Positions 16,190 through 29,419 of a stretch of DNA of 64,000 nucleotides are shown here, piece after piece (positions within the stretch are counted from its first letter, which is position 1; every line of letters begins with the position of its first letter). Position numbers and translations under genes: made by a program. The stretch covers positions 71,052,001-71,116,000 of the forward strand of contig OZ024744.1 of NCBI GenBank assembly GCA_964016885.1. Direction: 5' to 3'. Under the pieces are notes generated by a model that saw only the letters and a list, made by a program, of their open reading frames with translations, was not told the origin of the DNA and made no database searches. This DNA is from Eledone cirrhosa (lineage: Eukaryota).

Positions 16190-17427
16190 CTTCATTTTAT
16201 TTTCGTCCACATTATTAATTTGTTTACATAAACTGATGAACCTCTGAATATATTCAAGTCAAACTATTAAAAACAACCTCTCAAAAATTAACCATCTTCT
16301 GATGCTTCTGTCAAGAGTTACAGCACATGTTCCAAGTGATCCACATTTGAATCCATGCATTTTTGGGGGAGCGCATGGTAAAGTTTAGTATAACATCTTT
16401 ACAAACGGACTTAGGGATAGCTCTGATCTCCTCTGATGTTTTCATTTGGTTCAGTGATGGTCTTGGGTTTGTTGACATATACTCTATCCTTCAGCTACTC
16501 CCAAAGAAAGAACTCTGAGGGGCTTAAATTAGGGCTTTGTAGGGCCCACTCAAAATCAGTTTTCAAACTGATCACATGATTTCCAAAATTATTTATCAGC
16601 CATTCTCATGATTCATTGGAGGTGTGAGGGATTTTTCCATCTTGCTGGAACCAGAACGTATTCATTGGAAGTGGGTAAATGGTCTGTAGCTCCATTTTGA
16701 TGTTTCCCTGGACCTCCGCATAGCATTCCCTTGTGACTGTAGCAGTAACACCATTTTCTTCGAAGAAGCATGGGCCAATCAACCCCCTCTAGGAAATGGT
16801 AGTCCAGACAGTACATTTAGCCAAGTGGAGAGGTTACATAGCCACTTCAGTGGGTTTCACTAATCTCCAAAACATTGTTCTAAGAGTAGATCTTCCCCTC
16901 TAAGTGAAAGTGGGCTTCATCAGAGGCCTACAGCAGATTCGGAAAATTTGAGTTATTTTCCATACTGTAGGGGTATTTCTTAAGATCCTCTTTGACAACC
17001 CTTCTGCAAGTTTCTGCGGAGAGATCCAAGTATTGGCTTTTCCTGAGTAGCAATCATTTTGGGCTTTGTTCAATGGATTATCATACCATGTCAGTAACTT
17101 CCTATGTATGCTTCCTGTGTCATCCAGAATGGGTAGGATGGTCCTCAAATGTTATATTGTTTGAGACCTTTGGGACAGTGTAGAACCCTACATTGTTCCA
17201 AAGGTCTCAAACTTTTGCACTCAGTTTTGTGTATTGGTCTTGAAGGGATATTTGTCCATTCCAAAAAATGCATAAATTTTCTCCCATTGGGTCTTGTTCT
17301 CTTTTCAGATGTTGTATCAACCATGTTTTGAAATTTAAAGTTGATTGGTTTGAAAATGAATTAATATACAATGACTCAAAACGTGCATAGGGCCATTGTT
17401 TTTGTTTGTTTTTTTACTGGCCCTGCA
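16190..17427 (-). mobile_element. Tc1/mariner-superfamily transposase pseudogene
   Basis: Frame-broken motifs SDEAHFHL (near 16920), GLIGPCFFEE, QNGATDH, WALQSPNLSPSEFFLWG; terminus-like ttttttactggccctg near 17425. Confidence 0.75.
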
Positions 17428-17959
17428 TTGATTTTACATCCACTTTTCCATGCTGCCTTGGATTGGATGGGATGTTTTGTGATAATGTTTTACAACCGAA
17501 TGCCCTTCTTAACACCAATCAACAGTATCCAAGCTATATTTAATGATTTCCCATTGCAGTTCCAAGTGGATAGCAAAAGGCCAGATAATGTCCTAATATT
17601 TCTGTTTCATAGTGGTAAACCCTTTATCTGAGACAACATGCAGTAATACTTTCTATAGCAACAACCTGGTGAATTCAGCTACAGACATAGGCTTCATTGC
17701 CCAACAAGCTGAATATCACAAGCTGTTGAATTATTGACCATCTTTTGATAGGTTTATCATTCTACTTAGAGCAGTGAAAACTTCTGATGACCTAGGTCAC
17801 CAAACCACCTCTCCACTCACTACTATAATGACAGAGTTGGCTACCAGTTCTCACTTTGGCTGGCTGCTACAGCAGTAACATGTCAGTAATATGTGCAACA
17901 ACGCACTAACTTTTATTCTTTATTTCTTCACACCTCTAGATTTATGCATTCAATTTAAT

Positions 17960-18390
17960 GACAAAAAGCACCTAGCCCTCACTGTAAAGTGATCATGTAG
18001 GAGTCATGGCAAAAAGCACCCAGCACACACTATAAAGTAAAAGTGTAGGTGTCACAACAAAAAGTGCCCAGTCCATATTGTAAAGTGGTCATGTTGGTGA
18101 CACAACAAAAAGCACCCAGTACATACTGTAAAATGGTTCTGTAGGTGTCATGATAAAAAGCACTCAGCCCTCACCGGAAAGTGGATGAGTAGGTGTCGCA
18201 ATAAAAAGCACCCAGCACACGCTCTAATTGTGGTTGGCGTTAGGAAGGCCATCCAGCTGTAGAAACCAAACCAAAATCAGTTCTGTATGAACAAGATGTG
18301 GTCATCCAATATGGTTTGTCTCACAATGGGACAATTCATCTAACCCATACTAGCATAGAAAAATGGACATTAAACGATAACGATGATGAT
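17960..18390 (+). mobile_element. RTE/SINE 3' module with diverged ~49-bp tandem units
   Basis: Repeated aaaagcacccag..cactgtaaagtg, then gttggcgttaggaagg..tagcatagaaaaatggacattaaacgat. Confidence 0.7.
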
Positions 18391-18794
18391 ATATTGATAG
18401 AAAGGGCATCCAGTCATAAAATGCTTGCCAAACAATGGTTGGAAGGATCCTTCAACCATGTCAAGGACATGAGAATCTCCCTATTGTTGGTAATTTATAC
18501 AATAAAAGAACCTAGTACATGGCGTAAAGTGGTGTATATTAGGAAGGTCATCCATCCATAAAAGCTTGCCAAACAAAGGATTTGGGAGGACTCTTCAGTT
18601 GTCTCAAAGACATAACAACCTCTCCTGTGCACTTGATAGAAAGTGAGACTGTATGTAAGTGAGGTTTATGTAGACTTGTCCAACCCTTGCTAACAGGGAA
18701 AGTGAACATTAAACAATGATGATTAAGACATATATATATATATACATATGGGTAAGTTTCTCTACTTTACTAATATATATATATATATATTAGT

Positions 18795-18908
18795 GATGGC
18801 ATGTGGCTTAGTGATAAGGTTGTGAGTTTGAATACTGGACTGGGCAGTGTGTTGTGTTCTTGAGCAAGATACTTTATTTGACGTTGCTCCAGTTCGCAGC
18901 TGTAGAAA
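18795..18908 (+). mobile_element. CORE-type SINE 5' fragment
   Basis: tggcttagtg..gagtttgaat..ttgagcaagatactttattt..cagctgtagaaat. Confidence 0.7.
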
Positions 18909-18919
18909 TTAATTTTTAA

Positions 18920-19060
18920 ATAAGCTGATTCATCAAAGAAATAACACATTTATTTTATATATTATTCTGAACAATACTTTCCCTAATTTTCAATAACACC
19001 ACTCCATCGTTGCACCAGGTTTTTGATGCCTCTTTCAAAAAAACGTTTCAGTTTGAAAAA
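18920..19060 (-). mobile_element. mariner transposase C-terminal remnant
   Basis: Minus strand FFERGIKNLVQRWSGVIEN.GKY. Confidence 0.6.
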
Positions 19061-19074
19061 CAGTTATATATATA

Positions 19075-19835
19075 TCATCATCATCATCATCATCATCATT
19101 GTTTTACGTCCATTCTTCCATGCTAACATGGGTTAGACGGGTTGTCCTGTTGTGAGCAGAGTCCAGTCGGCTGACCTTGTCTTGCTCATACAGGAACTGA
19201 TTCTGGCTTGATTTCGACAGCTGGATGCCCTTCCTAACACCAACCTCATTTACAGTGAGTGCTGGGTGCTTTTTTTTCCATGGCGCCTACACGTCCACTT
19301 TACATTGTGGGTTGGGTGCTTTTTTGCCATGGCACCTCCACAACCACTTTGCAGTGGAGGGTGTGGGTGCATATTGTCTATATGCTTCAGCTTCGGCTTG
19401 TACCCATGGGGGGTTGGTCTCTGTACTACTGCGTGACACCAGAAGTCACAGTCGTGTGTCATTGCTCTTGAGAGGTGCAATTGGGTAAGGTCGGCTTTTA
19501 TCACCTCATCCCAGGTCTTCTTGGGTCTACCTCTTCCATGCATCTACCTCTTCCATGGGTCACAGCCACTGGGGTTTCTCTGTATTTCTTTATGCAGCTG
19601 TTATCTTCCATGCACATCACATGTCCATACCAACAATCTTCTCTCTTGCACACTACAACTAATTCCTCTTATACCAAGTTTTTCTCTCAGTTTGCTTATG
19701 CACACTAACATTGCATGTCCATTGGAGCATACTCAACTCATTTCTTTCTAGCCCCCTTCTGCAGTCAAGGCCCATGTTTCACTGCCATGTATCATTGCAG
19801 TTCGCACACAGACATCATACAGTCTACCTTGCACA
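19075..19835 (-). mobile_element. 5'-truncated RTE LINE with RTE-1-type 3' UTR and (GAT)n tail
   Basis: GRGRPKKTWDEVIKADLTQLHL; UTR matches 52200-52510. Confidence 0.85.
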
Positions 19836-20499
19836 TTCTGAGGTTAGACTGATCAAATGATCACACCTTGCTCATACCTACTACACTGGCATGGTTCCTG
19901 TGGTGGTTGCCCTTCTTAACGCTAACCACCTTATAGTGTGGGCTGGGTGCATTTTATCATGACACCAACACTACCACTTCACAAACTTGGCTGGGTGCAT
20001 TTTATTGTGGCACTCACTGGTGCTACAAATGTAGAGAGTGGGCTGGCTGTGTTCTATTGTGGTGCTACCATTTTACAGACTGGACTGGGTACATTTTATT
20101 GAGGCATCAGTGTTACTACATGCAGAGTGTCCTGGGTGTGGCTTTAACATTCAGGTAATTGTTCCTGGCGTAGTGAGGGAGTGATAGCGAGATGAGAGCA
20201 TGGCAAAAGTGACAGCTTCTTGCTGCTGCTTGCTGGGAGAACCATCACTCCAGAAGGGGAGAGAGGAATGGAGATTGAGAGAGTGAGAGTGGAGGTGACC
20301 TTCAAGACAGAGCACAGTGTTGAGTGTATGTGTTTGTGTGGGGGGGGGGGAGTAGAAGTAGATCCATAAGACTGGTGAGTATATATAGAGCCAAATTACT
20401 CCTCTTTTTGTGTTTGGGCAACATCATATTTAGATGAAAAGAATGGAGTGGGGTACTAAGGTGGGTGGGAGGTCATATTGGTGGGGAAGGAGGTGAACT

Positions 20500-20708
20500 T
20501 AAATGTCCATGTAAGTCAGTCATGCATGTCCCATTCTGATCTTGGTGTTGTGTCATCTACACAAGATCCAACTTCATGAGATCAGCCTCCACCATGTTGT
20601 CCCATGTTTTCTTAGGTCTTCCTCGTCTATGGGTTCCCTCGAGTCTGGGTGACTTGCACTTCTTTATGCAGCTATTATCCTCCATACATATTATATCCAT
20701 ACCCATGC

Positions 20709-20751
<43 letters not shown>

Positions 20752-21030
20752 CACACTGTACCAAATCCCTTTTATGCTCAGTTTTTTGGGGGTTTTTTTT
20801 TCTCATTACATTAATTGTTTCTACTTTAGGCACAAGGCCAGCAATTACCCAGTGCATTACTGGTACTTTTTCTCATTACATTAATGCTTTTGCATTCATC
20901 TACACTCACATGCTCACATCATTTCTTTACAATCTTTGTAAATCCACTGTTTTTAAGGCCCAACTTTCACTTCCAAGCAGCTTTGCATTAAGACTCAAGT
21001 GTCATATAATCTGCCTTTCACGTTGAATGT
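20500..21030 (-). mobile_element. RTE LINE fragment interrupted by (CT)n and a SINE tail
   Basis: MEDNSCIKKCK..RRGRPKKTWDNMVEADLMKL. Confidence 0.7.
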
Positions 21031-21056
21031 TAAAGTTATTTCTATATTAAATAAGG

Positions 21057-21240
21057 GCTTCTACTTTTGGCACAAGGCCAAAAATTACCCCCCTTGCATT
21101 ACTGGTACTTTATTTTATCAACCCCGTAAGGATGAAAGGTAAAGTTAATCTAGACGGGATTTGAACTCAGATCATAAAGAGCCATAACTCTATGCTGCAA
21201 AGCATGGTGTCTGACGCTCCACCAATACAAATGATGCTTA
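21057..21240 (-). mobile_element. Meta-type SINE
   Basis: ctggtactttattttatcaaccccgtaaggatgaaagg (inverted core). Confidence 0.85.
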
Positions 21241-21406
21241 CACACTACTAATAAATTGAGTACCTTTTTTTAATTGCAGTTACCTTCCAATTTTATTCGG
21301 GGTCTACATATATATATAGAGAGAGAGAAAGAAAGTAAGTAGAAAGGAAGTCAATGTTGCAGCATATGTACAAACTTTATCATAGTAGATTTATACTGCT
21401 ATTATA

Positions 21407-21511
21407 GGCTGGTGTTAGGAAGGGCATCCAGCTGTAGAAATCAAGCCAGAATCAGTTCCCGTCCCACCCTTGCAAGCAGGGAAAAAGCGGACGTAAAATG
21501 AAATGATGATT
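21407..21511 (+). mobile_element. 5'-truncated SINE with RTE-2 tail
   Basis: gttaggaagggcatccagctgtagaaatcaagccagaatcagttccc joined to tcccacccttgcaagcaggg..gcggacgtaaaatg. Confidence 0.8.
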
Positions 21512-21625
21512 CATTTACCAACATCATTTTTTCAATTCACTGGGTAATTCATATTTTCAGGCATGATTACATGCCTACATATTAGTGTGTATACATTGAT
21601 GCAGTCTTTGTTACACACTCTGTAT

Positions 21626-22055
21626 TTCTTCTTCTTCTTTTCTTCTCCCACTTATTTCTGAGGGGGGTCGTGGGGGCAGAGTCCTCAAATACTCCTTCCA
21701 ACAGGTCCTGTCAGAAGCAACCATCTCCCAACTGATCCAGCTAGATCCCTAAGCGTGACCAGCCAAACTCATGGATGTTATCCAGCCATCTTGCTCGGGG
21801 TCTACCCCAGGGTCTCCTGTCAGTTGGTTTTGCCTGTAAAATCTGTCCAGTGATTCTTTCCTGAGACATTCTAAACCACATACCCAAAGTATCGGAGCTG
21901 TGATCTCTCAATACGGAGAAGTAGTGGTTCTACCTGGAGTGACTCTCTGATCTCCAAGCTACACACTTTATCAAATAACGTTGCTCCAAAGACTTTTAAA
22001 GGATTTTATGCCTACCTCCGTTCTGCTTATTACTGAATGCTGAAACTGGTGCATT
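21626..22055 (-). mobile_element. RTE-3 LINE 3' end with (GAA)n tail
   Basis: Similar to 15205-15700; RPWGRPRARWLD motif. Confidence 0.75.
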
Positions 22056-22959
22056 ATACAGATATAATTTTATCATACACTTCTTATTATATATACAATA
22101 TACATGTATATATATATATACACAAGTACATATATATGCACACATACACACACATACCTACACACACCTATACACACACACACACCTACACACACACACA
22201 CACATATATATATACATACATACATACATAAAAGCATGGAAAAGCAGGCTTAAAATCACTGATGGTACACATATACATATCCACACATATGTGCATGTGT
22301 GTGTGCCAGTATTAATTTTTTTTTTTTATGTAGCTAAAAGTCTGTTTATCATAACAGTGCAGTTCATTGAGTTAGTGGGAAAACAAGCTGTACCAATGTT
22401 CCCAAGCTAAGGATACTGGCATAGGGTAAAGTGGAATCTGTTGAGATTTGTCTTTCTTTATTATCAAAGTCGGTTATGTTAGTCTATTATTATTTTTGGG
22501 TGTTATTTAAATGTTTTTTTTTTTTAAAATTAGTTTTGATCTAGGAGGAAAGCAGCAACGAAGGCCTTTGTTTTTGCATATACAATGCTAAGGTCAGTGT
22601 GTTTGATGTTCTTATATAGAAGCAGTACAGAGCTTGCTCATTCAGATGAGCTGAAGTCTTTGTTGTAGTGAAAGAAAAACATTGAAAAACAGAGTTGATA
22701 GTGTATTAGAGAAATACAATACCGCCTCGCCCTAGGCCTAGAGCTCATTACCCCCCCCCCCCCTTACCTCTTCCCCTTTCTTCTGTGACCCTAGAGCCCT
22801 TGCCTTTTCCATTTATATAAGCAAAAAAGACACTTGGATTTGTAATATTAAAGCCAAGAGGTTGGCAGTTTGTGTCCTTCTTCAGATTTGTACTGTCTGT
22901 GGTCAAGTTTCTGTTTAACTCTCAAATTTCACAGACAGCCTAGCTGTAAATATATACCA

Positions 22960-23135
22960 GAAAGGTAGGAAGTGAAATGCAGATATCATCTAAATATAAA
23001 GATCTTGAAATAGAAATAACTTGAGTGTGGATGATGAAAATAGAAACACAATTCCTATAAGAATAAGTTCTATAGGAATGATAAAATAAAACTTGCAGAC
23101 AGATACACAACAAAAACATAACAGGTCTTAAAAAT
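22960..23135 (+). mobile_element. R4/Dong-like LINE, restriction-like endonuclease C-terminal remnant
   Basis: SKYKDLEIEIT.VWMMKIET.. motif. Confidence 0.6.
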
Positions 23136-23498
23136 TGCAGTGCGAGAGTACGACGCCTCCCCCCCCCCCCCCCGCCCCGCTTCCCCGGCGAGAATAGGCT
23201 GGACCATTATATATAAATAGTAGCGGCCTGAGTAAGTGGGCAAGTTGGTACTAGTTCCACCATTTGTATGTTGATAGTCAAAGTTGGAGTTCAAGTTCAC
23301 AGTTTGAGTTAGCGTGTTAGATTGTTTGTTCTTAAAAGATTGTTGTTCCGTTACGTGTGGTTATTGCTGTTTGTTTGTGTTATATTGTTATTACACTGTT
23401 GCAGTGTATTCGTTTATCCATAAGAATATAACATCTGGCGACAAAGATGAGATTTGAACTCATGCAGGAAAATCCCTAAATATTTATAGCCATTATCT
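23136..23498 (+). mobile_element. Putative LTR (about 23136-23433) followed by a tRNA-Ser-type primer-binding site
   Basis: Ends ..tataACA, 2-nt spacer, TGGCGACAAAGATG (Gypsy-like PBS); TATA-like tatatataaatag near 23208; 5' TG boundary uncertain. Confidence 0.55.
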
Positions 23499-23574
23499 TC
23501 TGTTTCTCCTATGGTTTTTCCCGATGGCAGCAGTAATCCACTACAAGCTGCTTTCTAGCCTCTTTTCTGGCATC

Positions 23575-23745
23575 AGTATGGAATCTCAAATTCCATGCCA
23601 GTGTCACTGCTATATATCTGAACTCTTTTAACCAATGAGTCTATTTGGTTTTCAGATTTCTCAAACAGTTTCAGGTCATCCATAAACAGAAGGTGATATA
23701 TAAATGGCTCTTGCTTTCCACATTGGTAGCCCATTTTTATTTTTC
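23575..23745 (-). mobile_element. R4/Dong-like LINE RT fragment
   Basis: HLLFMDDLKLFEKSENQIDSLVKRVQIYSSDTGMEF. Confidence 0.75.
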
Positions 23746-23939
23746 TGTGTGTGAGTGTTATATGTATCAGTGATATAATATAGATATATGCAAATACAGA
23801 ACACACTACTACTAAGCACTGAACACATATTAGGAAGAGTAATTTCAATATGATAGAAACAACAACACTACACATACCCAAGATACACAGAGCTGTGCTC
23901 GGTAATGCAATGACAGCTTACAATTGAAGTAAGACTAAT

Positions 23940-24580
23940 AATGATAATAATTGTTTCTACGTTTTGGCACAAGGCCAGTAATTATTCCAGTGTATTACTG
24001 GTACTTTATTTTATCGACCCCGTAAGGATGAAAGGCAAAGTTAACCTCGATGGGATTTGAACTCAGACCATAAAAGGCCGTAACTCTATGCTGCAAAGCA
24101 TGGCGTCAGACCTTCTACCGATACTGCCAATCCACCGTCCTAATAATGATAATAATGGTTTCTGATTTAGGTGCAAGGTCAACAATTTGGGGGAAAGGGA
24201 AACTTGATGAAATCGACCCCCAGTACATTACTGGTACTTTATTTTATCAACCCCCGTGAGGATGAACGGCAAAGTTAACCTTTCATCCTTGAGGTTAACT
24301 TTGCCTTTCATCCTTATGGAGTCGATAAAATAAAGTAATACACTGGGTAATTGCTGGCCTTGTGCCAAAAGTAGAAACAATTATTAATAATAATGATAAT
24401 AGTTGTTTCTACTTTTGGCACAAGGCCAGCAATTATCCCAGTGCATTACTGGTACTTTATTAAGGATGAAAAGCAAAGTTAACCTTGGCGGGATTTGAAC
24501 TCAGAATGGCAAGGGCCGTAACTCTATGCGTCAAAGCATGGCGTCCAACCCTCTATCGATACTACCAATCCACCGCCCTT
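23940..24580. mobile_element. Cluster of four Meta-type SINE copies or fragments in (TAA)n
   Basis: Three minus copies and one plus copy (24292-24385). Confidence 0.85.
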
Positions 24581-26462
24581 ATCATCATCACCGTTTTACG
24601 TCCGTTCTTCCACGCTAGCATGAGTTAGATGGGTTGTCCTGTTGTGGGCAGTGTCTGGTCGGTTGACCATGCCTTGCTCATACAGGAACTGATTTGGCTT
24701 GATTTCTACAGCTGGATGCCCTTCCTAACACCAACCTCATTTACAGTGAGTGCTGGGTGCTTTTTCGTGGCGCCTACACGTCCACTTTACAGTGTGGGCT
24801 GGGTGCTTTTTTGCCGTGGCACCTCCACGACCACCTTGCAGTGGGAGGGTGTTGGGGCATATTGTCTATATGCTTCAGCTTGTACCCATGGGAGGTCGGG
24901 TACTCTGTATTACTGCGTGACGCCAGAGGTCACGGTCGTGTGTCATCGCTTTTGAGAGGTGTAATTGGGTAAGGTCGGCTTTTATCACCTCATCCCAGGT
25001 CATCTTCGGTCTCCCCACTCCGCGGTTTCCATCAACTTCTAGTGCTCTGCACTTTTTTATGCAGCTGTCATCCTTCATACGCATCACATGTCCATACCAA
25101 TGCATCCGCCTCTCCTGCACACAGCATTTGATTCCTCTTATGCTCAGTCTCTCTCTCAATTCATTTATGCTTTGTCGTTCGCGTATATTACTGTTACACA
25201 TCCATCGGAGCATGCAGGCTTCGTTTCTCTCTAATCTACGTAAGTCTTCCACTTTCAGCGCCCAGGTTTCACTACCATGCAACATTGCTGTTCGGATACA
25301 CGCATCATACAGTCTGCCTTTCATTTTGAGGGAGAAGCCTTTTGCAGCTAGCAGTGATAGTAGTTCCCTAAACTTCTTCCATCCCGTTCTTACCCTAGTT
25401 ATTGTACTTTCTGAACACCCACCTCCGCTGCTAATTCGGTCACCTAGGTAGCAGAAGCTGTCTACTGTTTCTACAGAGCCCTCCCAGAGATTGGTGGTAC
25501 TTGTTTCCTGTGGCTGTTTGCTGCTTGCTGTCCCAGCACAGCTGCTGCATGTGAAGCCTACATTCTTAATTAAGCTTCCTGAGATCCCGCTACATCTCTT
25601 GTGTACCCATTGTTTGCATTTGGGGCAGAGAATGGAGTTCTTACCTACACCTTTCCTATATACTGAGCAAGGCCATTTCCCTGGGGGATATGGGTTCTGT
25701 TTTCTCATCTACTTACAAGGACCTTAGTCTTTGTCATGTTGACTTTGAGACCCTTTCTTTCTAGTTCCTGCTTCCAAGATTGGAATTTCTTCTCTAGTTC
25801 TACCATAGATTCAGCTATAAGTGCGAGGTCATCAGTATACAGGAGTTCCCATGGGCATCCGGTCTTAAACTCCTCCGTTATTGCCTGCAGGACTATGATG
25901 AACAGGAGGGAGCTAAGAACAGAGCCCTGGTGGACCCCAACCTGTACGCTAAATTCCTCGCTATACTCATTGCTAATCCTAACTTTGTTGACTGCTCCCC
26001 TATACATGGCTTGTATCGCTTTCACAAGCCATTCATCTACTCCTAGCTTTCTAAGAGCCCACCAGATTACAGCACATGGAACTCTGTCAAAGGCTTTCTC
26101 AAGGTCGACAAATGCCAGGTAGAGTGGCTTACTTTTAGCTAGGTACTTTTCCTGTAACTGCCTGACAAGGAAGAGGGCATCAGTGGTGCCTCTTCCTGGT
26201 ACAAACCCAAATTGCATCTCGTCTAGTTTCACCCGGTCCCTAATCAACTGTGCTATAACTCTTTCTGTTACTTTCATGACCTGGTCCATCAGCTTTATAC
26301 CTCTATAGTTTCCTCTATCTAGTGCATCACCTTTACCTTTGTAGCAGTTGACAATGATGCTACTGCACCAATCTTTTGGTATGACACCAAGTATTACCTG
26401 GTTAACAATACGTGTGGTTATAGTGTGACCTACAGACCCAGATGCCATCTCGGCAGCTATAC
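24581..26462 (-). mobile_element. Young 5'-truncated RTE LINE (RTE-1): RT, PHD-like finger and 3' UTR
   Basis: ORFs 25705-26571 (NYRGI, QFGF, FVDLEKAFD, GVHQGS, LYTDD) and 24875-25708, one frameshift near 25705; near-identical to 50044-52512. Confidence 0.95.
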
Positions 26463-26463
26463 C

Positions 26464-26464
<1 letters not shown>

Positions 26465-26529
<65 letters not shown>

Positions 26530-27150
26530 TGTTTCTACTTTAGGCACAAGGCCAGCAATTACCCAGTGCATTACTGGTACTTTATTTTATCGACCCTGTA
26601 AGGATGAAAGGCAAAGTCAACCTCGGCGGGATTTGAACTCAGATCGTAAAGGGACGTAACTATGCTGGAAAGCATGGCGTCCGACCCTCCACCGATACTG
26701 CCAATCCACAATAATAATAATAATAATGCTTTCTTTATTAACCACAAGGGTTTACACGAAGTAGACATTAAGGACAGTACAGGACAATACAGGATGGTAC
26801 AAATGGGCATTTCTGCATGTAAAAAAAACAAAAAACAGAGGATGTAACAAAAAAAAACAATGAAAAATTCCCCAATAGGAGGGAGACTTCCGAGGGACAT
26901 TCGTGGAGAAAGCCCATTAGATAATAATAATAATGGTTTCTTATATAGGCACAAGGCCAGTAATTTGGGGGTGGGGAAAGTCAATTAAATCGACCCCAGT
27001 GCGTGACTGGTACTTTATTTTATTGACCCCATAAGGATGAAAAGCAAAGTTAATCTCGGTGGGATTTGAGCTCAGATCATAAAGTGCCGTAACTCTATGC
27101 TGCAAAGCATGGCATCCGACCCTCTACTGATACTGCCAATCCCCCGCCCT
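26465..27150 (-). mobile_element. (TAA)n, Meta SINE, Tx1-like LINE 3' UTR fragment, Meta SINE
   Basis: SINEs at about 26528-26710 and 26935-27150; 26725-26915 duplicates 27165-27360. Confidence 0.85.
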
Positions 27151-27154
27151 CTTA

Positions 27155-29360
27155 GATAATAATAATAATGCTTTCGTTATTAACCACAAGGGTTTACACA
27201 AAGTATAACATTAAGGACAACACAGGACAATACAGGATGGTACAAATGGGCATTTCTGCATGTAAAAAACAAAAACAGAGTATGTGACAAAAAAGAAACA
27301 ATGAAAAATTCCCCAATAGGTGAGAGACTTCTGGGGGTTGCTCGTAGAGAAAGCCCACAAAAAAGCCACGGTTACCCTGACCGCTAGGGCAAATGCCCTC
27401 TTCCAGTTTTCCTCCTACAATGCTACAGGCACACGCTCAGGGTAGACCCCTTCACATGGGCCATTCTTTGCCTCTCTCACCCACCTTTCAACAAACTGGC
27501 TGGAAGTCAGCACTTCGCTCTCCACCCTGATTTTCCTTTTCAGTTGAAACCTGAAAAAGTTAATGAGGGCGTAACCGAAGAGGAAAGTACCGGTCTTCAA
27601 CCCTTTCAGACGTGTCCACCATACAATCTCTTTTACCATGGCCACCGGGCAGATAAAAACTCCCTGTCCTTCTCAGCTAAAGGAAGGCGGCGGGGCAATT
27701 CTCACGATGGACTCAGCTGATAGCTGGATCTGTTCTACACGTGACAGCAGGTGTTCGGCATAAACCCACAAGTCAACAATGCTCGGACACTGGACGAGAG
27801 CGTGCAGGATGGTTTCATTGCCCTGTGCGCATCTCGGACAGGCCTGGCTGATGGCACTTCCATGCCTGTAGAGTTTTTCCCGAACTGGCAAGGATCCTCA
27901 GTAGCACTGCCAGGCCAGGGATTTCTGGAAGTTGTCCATGGGCCCCGGCCCTAAAGTTCTCCCAAAGAGATTGGCTAGTTGGCTTTCATCGACGCTCAGA
28001 GTCTCCCCAAGGACGTCGTTGCTCTTTCCCCCCACTAACCCTCTATAGAACGCCAAGGTGGAGTTTCCACCGATCGCATTGCCCGACTGGTCGAGGGCTG
28101 TAAGTGCCTGACGACATTCCAGTCTCCAAGTGATCCTCTCGGTCTTCGCTTGACCCAGGCCTGCAGCTCCATCAAGGAGATTAGCAAAGGGCGACCACAC
28201 CTGATAACTGTCAAGGAAGAGGTGGAGATGCCGTAGCCTGAGCGCATGTCTGCGCATCATCAACCACGGCATGCCCAGCCCTCCGTGTAGCGGGTGTTGA
28301 CAGCAGATGGACTGCCTGACCATCGGAGCATGTCCCTTCCACAAAAAGCAAAAGAGCAAACACTCCAGCGCAGTCAGGCGAAGCTTAGGACAAGGCACGG
28401 CGGTCAGGGATAGCTTCCTCTTGGCCCATTTCTGGGTGAGAGAAGCCACCCTGCTCGTCACCTAGTCCCAGTTTTTGTCTGTCTGGAGGTCTGGACCGAA
28501 CCAGACCCCTAGCAATTTAACTGGTCCATCTGGCCAGCGCCCGACGTCGCTGTTGGATGGCCCCCCTCAACATCTCCAGTTTGTGCAGTAATGGCTTGAG
28601 AGTCAATACGTACAACAGGGACGAGAGAGGACATCCTTGGCGGACCGAGCGCATGATGTTGAACGGTTCCGAAAGGTGACCATTCACTCTCACCACAGAG
28701 CAGATGTCGCTGTCCATGGCCCAAAGCCAGCCGCCCTCAGGACTGCCGCCAGATAACGATGATCAACCCTATCGAAAGCTTTCGACTGATCTAAATTGAT
28801 CAAGTACCCACCCGTGCCAGGTTCCCTAACTACCCTCTCTACGATGTATCACATGAGGTGGAGGTTGTCGTGGATGGATTTGTCTGGAATGGTGCATGGC
28901 TGCACCTCCCCTACCAGACCACCAACGACAAGCACCAGCCTCTTTGCTAGCACCTTAGCCAAAATCTTGAAGTCTGTGTTTAGCAAAGTTATGGGCCTAA
29001 AATTATCTGTTATCCCCCTTGTTCGGATCCTTTCTCAGCAGCGCCACCGCTCCTCGGCTTACAGAGCTGGGAATTTTCCCATACTGCTGCCTGTTGCAGT
29101 AGACGTCTGCCAAGAGGTCTTCGAAAAAATCTGGCATATGTATGTAAAGTTCATAGGGCAGACCATCCAAACCAGGCAATTTACCCATAGTGCAGCTAGT
29201 CATTGCCTCCCGTACTTTAGCAACTGTTATCAGCCTTTTGCAACACTCCGCCTCAGTGACCGAGAGCCGTGGCAGTCCGTCGAAGTAGACACTAAAGTCC
29301 ATCCCACGATGCAACCACAAGCACGTCGGTCGTGATACCTTTACTAAGCACCTCATCTAC
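27155..29360 (-). mobile_element. Tx1/L1-clade LINE, 5'-truncated and internally deleted
   Basis: PGLDGLPYELY, LLNTDFKILAKVL, SKAFDRVDH, SVRQGCPLS, GGLGMP, CPRC..ETILHALVQC knuckle; (ATT)n tail. Confidence 0.9.
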
Positions 29361-29419
29361 TTTGCTAACTAGATCTCCCTCTGCTCTATTTTTCTCTATT
29401 ACTAACGCCTTACTAAACA

